Of a stretch of DNA of 64,000 bases, positions 63,396 through 64,000 are shown piece after piece. Numbering within the stretch: position 1 is the first letter of the stretch; each line of letters begins with the position of its first letter. The notes under the pieces were generated by a model. The model did no database searches. It was not told where the DNA came from and saw only the letters and a program-made list of their open reading frames with translations. Source of the stretch: Camelus ferus. Its lineage: Eukaryota. The stretch covers positions 7,318,001 to 7,382,000 of the forward strand of contig NC_045696.1 of assembly GCF_009834535.1 (NCBI RefSeq), in the 5' to 3' direction. The position numbers and the translations under genes are program-made.

Positions 63396-64000
63396 GCATA
63401 TTCTTTATCCATGTATAGATAGGCATTTAGGTTGCTTCTATGTCATGGCTCTTGTAAATGCTGCAATGAATATAGGGGTGTATGTTTCTTTTTGAGTTAG
63501 TGTTTTTGTTTACTTTGAATAAATACTCAGGAGGGGAATTGCTGGATCATATGGTAGTTCTATTTTTAATTTTTTGAGGAACCTCCATATTGTTTTCTAC
63601 AGTGGCTGCACCAATTTTCATTTGCACCAATAGCATATGAAGTTCCCTTTTCTCCTCATCCTCCAACATTTGATATTTGTACACTTTTTGAAGATAGCCA
63701 TTCTGAGAGGTGTGAGGTGATACTTCATTATGGTTTTCTCCACATCCTTGTCAATACTTATTATTGTCTTTTTGATAACAGTCATTTGACAGGTTCAGGT
63801 AATACCTCATTGTGTTATTGATTTGCATTTCTCTGATGATTAATGATGTTGAGCATCTTTCCATGTACCTGTTGGCCATCTGTATGTCTTATTTGGAAAA
63901 ATGTCTATTCAGGCCTTCTGCCTATTTTTAATCAGGTGGTTTGGTGGTTTTTTTTTGTTTGTTTGTTTTTTTGATGTTGGGTTGTATGAGCTGTTTATAT
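62930..64000 (-). mobile_element. L1 3' region running off the window end
   Basis: ttttttttattgaggtatagttgatttacaat...gctggatcatatggtagttctatt...gttggccatctgtatgtct. Confidence 0.92.
63348..63394. repeat. (TG)23 perfect microsatellite inside L1
   Basis: 47-nt uninterrupted TG run. Confidence 0.97.

Noticed and set aside
57100..64000. Exons of syntenic neighbours (TTC3, DSCR9-like)
   Set aside because: No recognisable exons in the window.
1..64000. CRISPR arrays, operons, NUMT or viral ORFs
   Set aside because: None seen; this is ordinary mammalian gene-plus-repeat architecture.

Overview
Mammalian genomic DNA, very probably camelid (nine copies of a tRNA-derived Vic-1-type SINE). It holds one complete protein-coding gene on the + strand: VPS26C (DSCR3), a subunit of the Retriever complex. 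The gene has 8 coding exons from 16442 to 55788, all GT-AG, splicing into an intact 894-nt ORF (297 aa), with a CpG-island promoter and a 24.3-kb first intron. The rest is intergenic or intronic sequence rich in L1, MaLR/ERVL LTRs, MER21, MER53, Tigger2, MIR/L2 and Vic-1. Most listed ORFs are spurious or L1 remnants. I found no new gene system. The most notable items are retrotransposition and mutation footprints: a probable ~480-bp L1 3' transduction, a five-layer nested insertion, two same-site re-insertions with triplicated target sites, and a perfected palindrome inside an L1 tail. There is also a speculative stop-free circRNA from exons 2-5. Repeat subfamily names come from recalled consensus motifs, not a database search, and repeat boundaries without TSDs are approximate.
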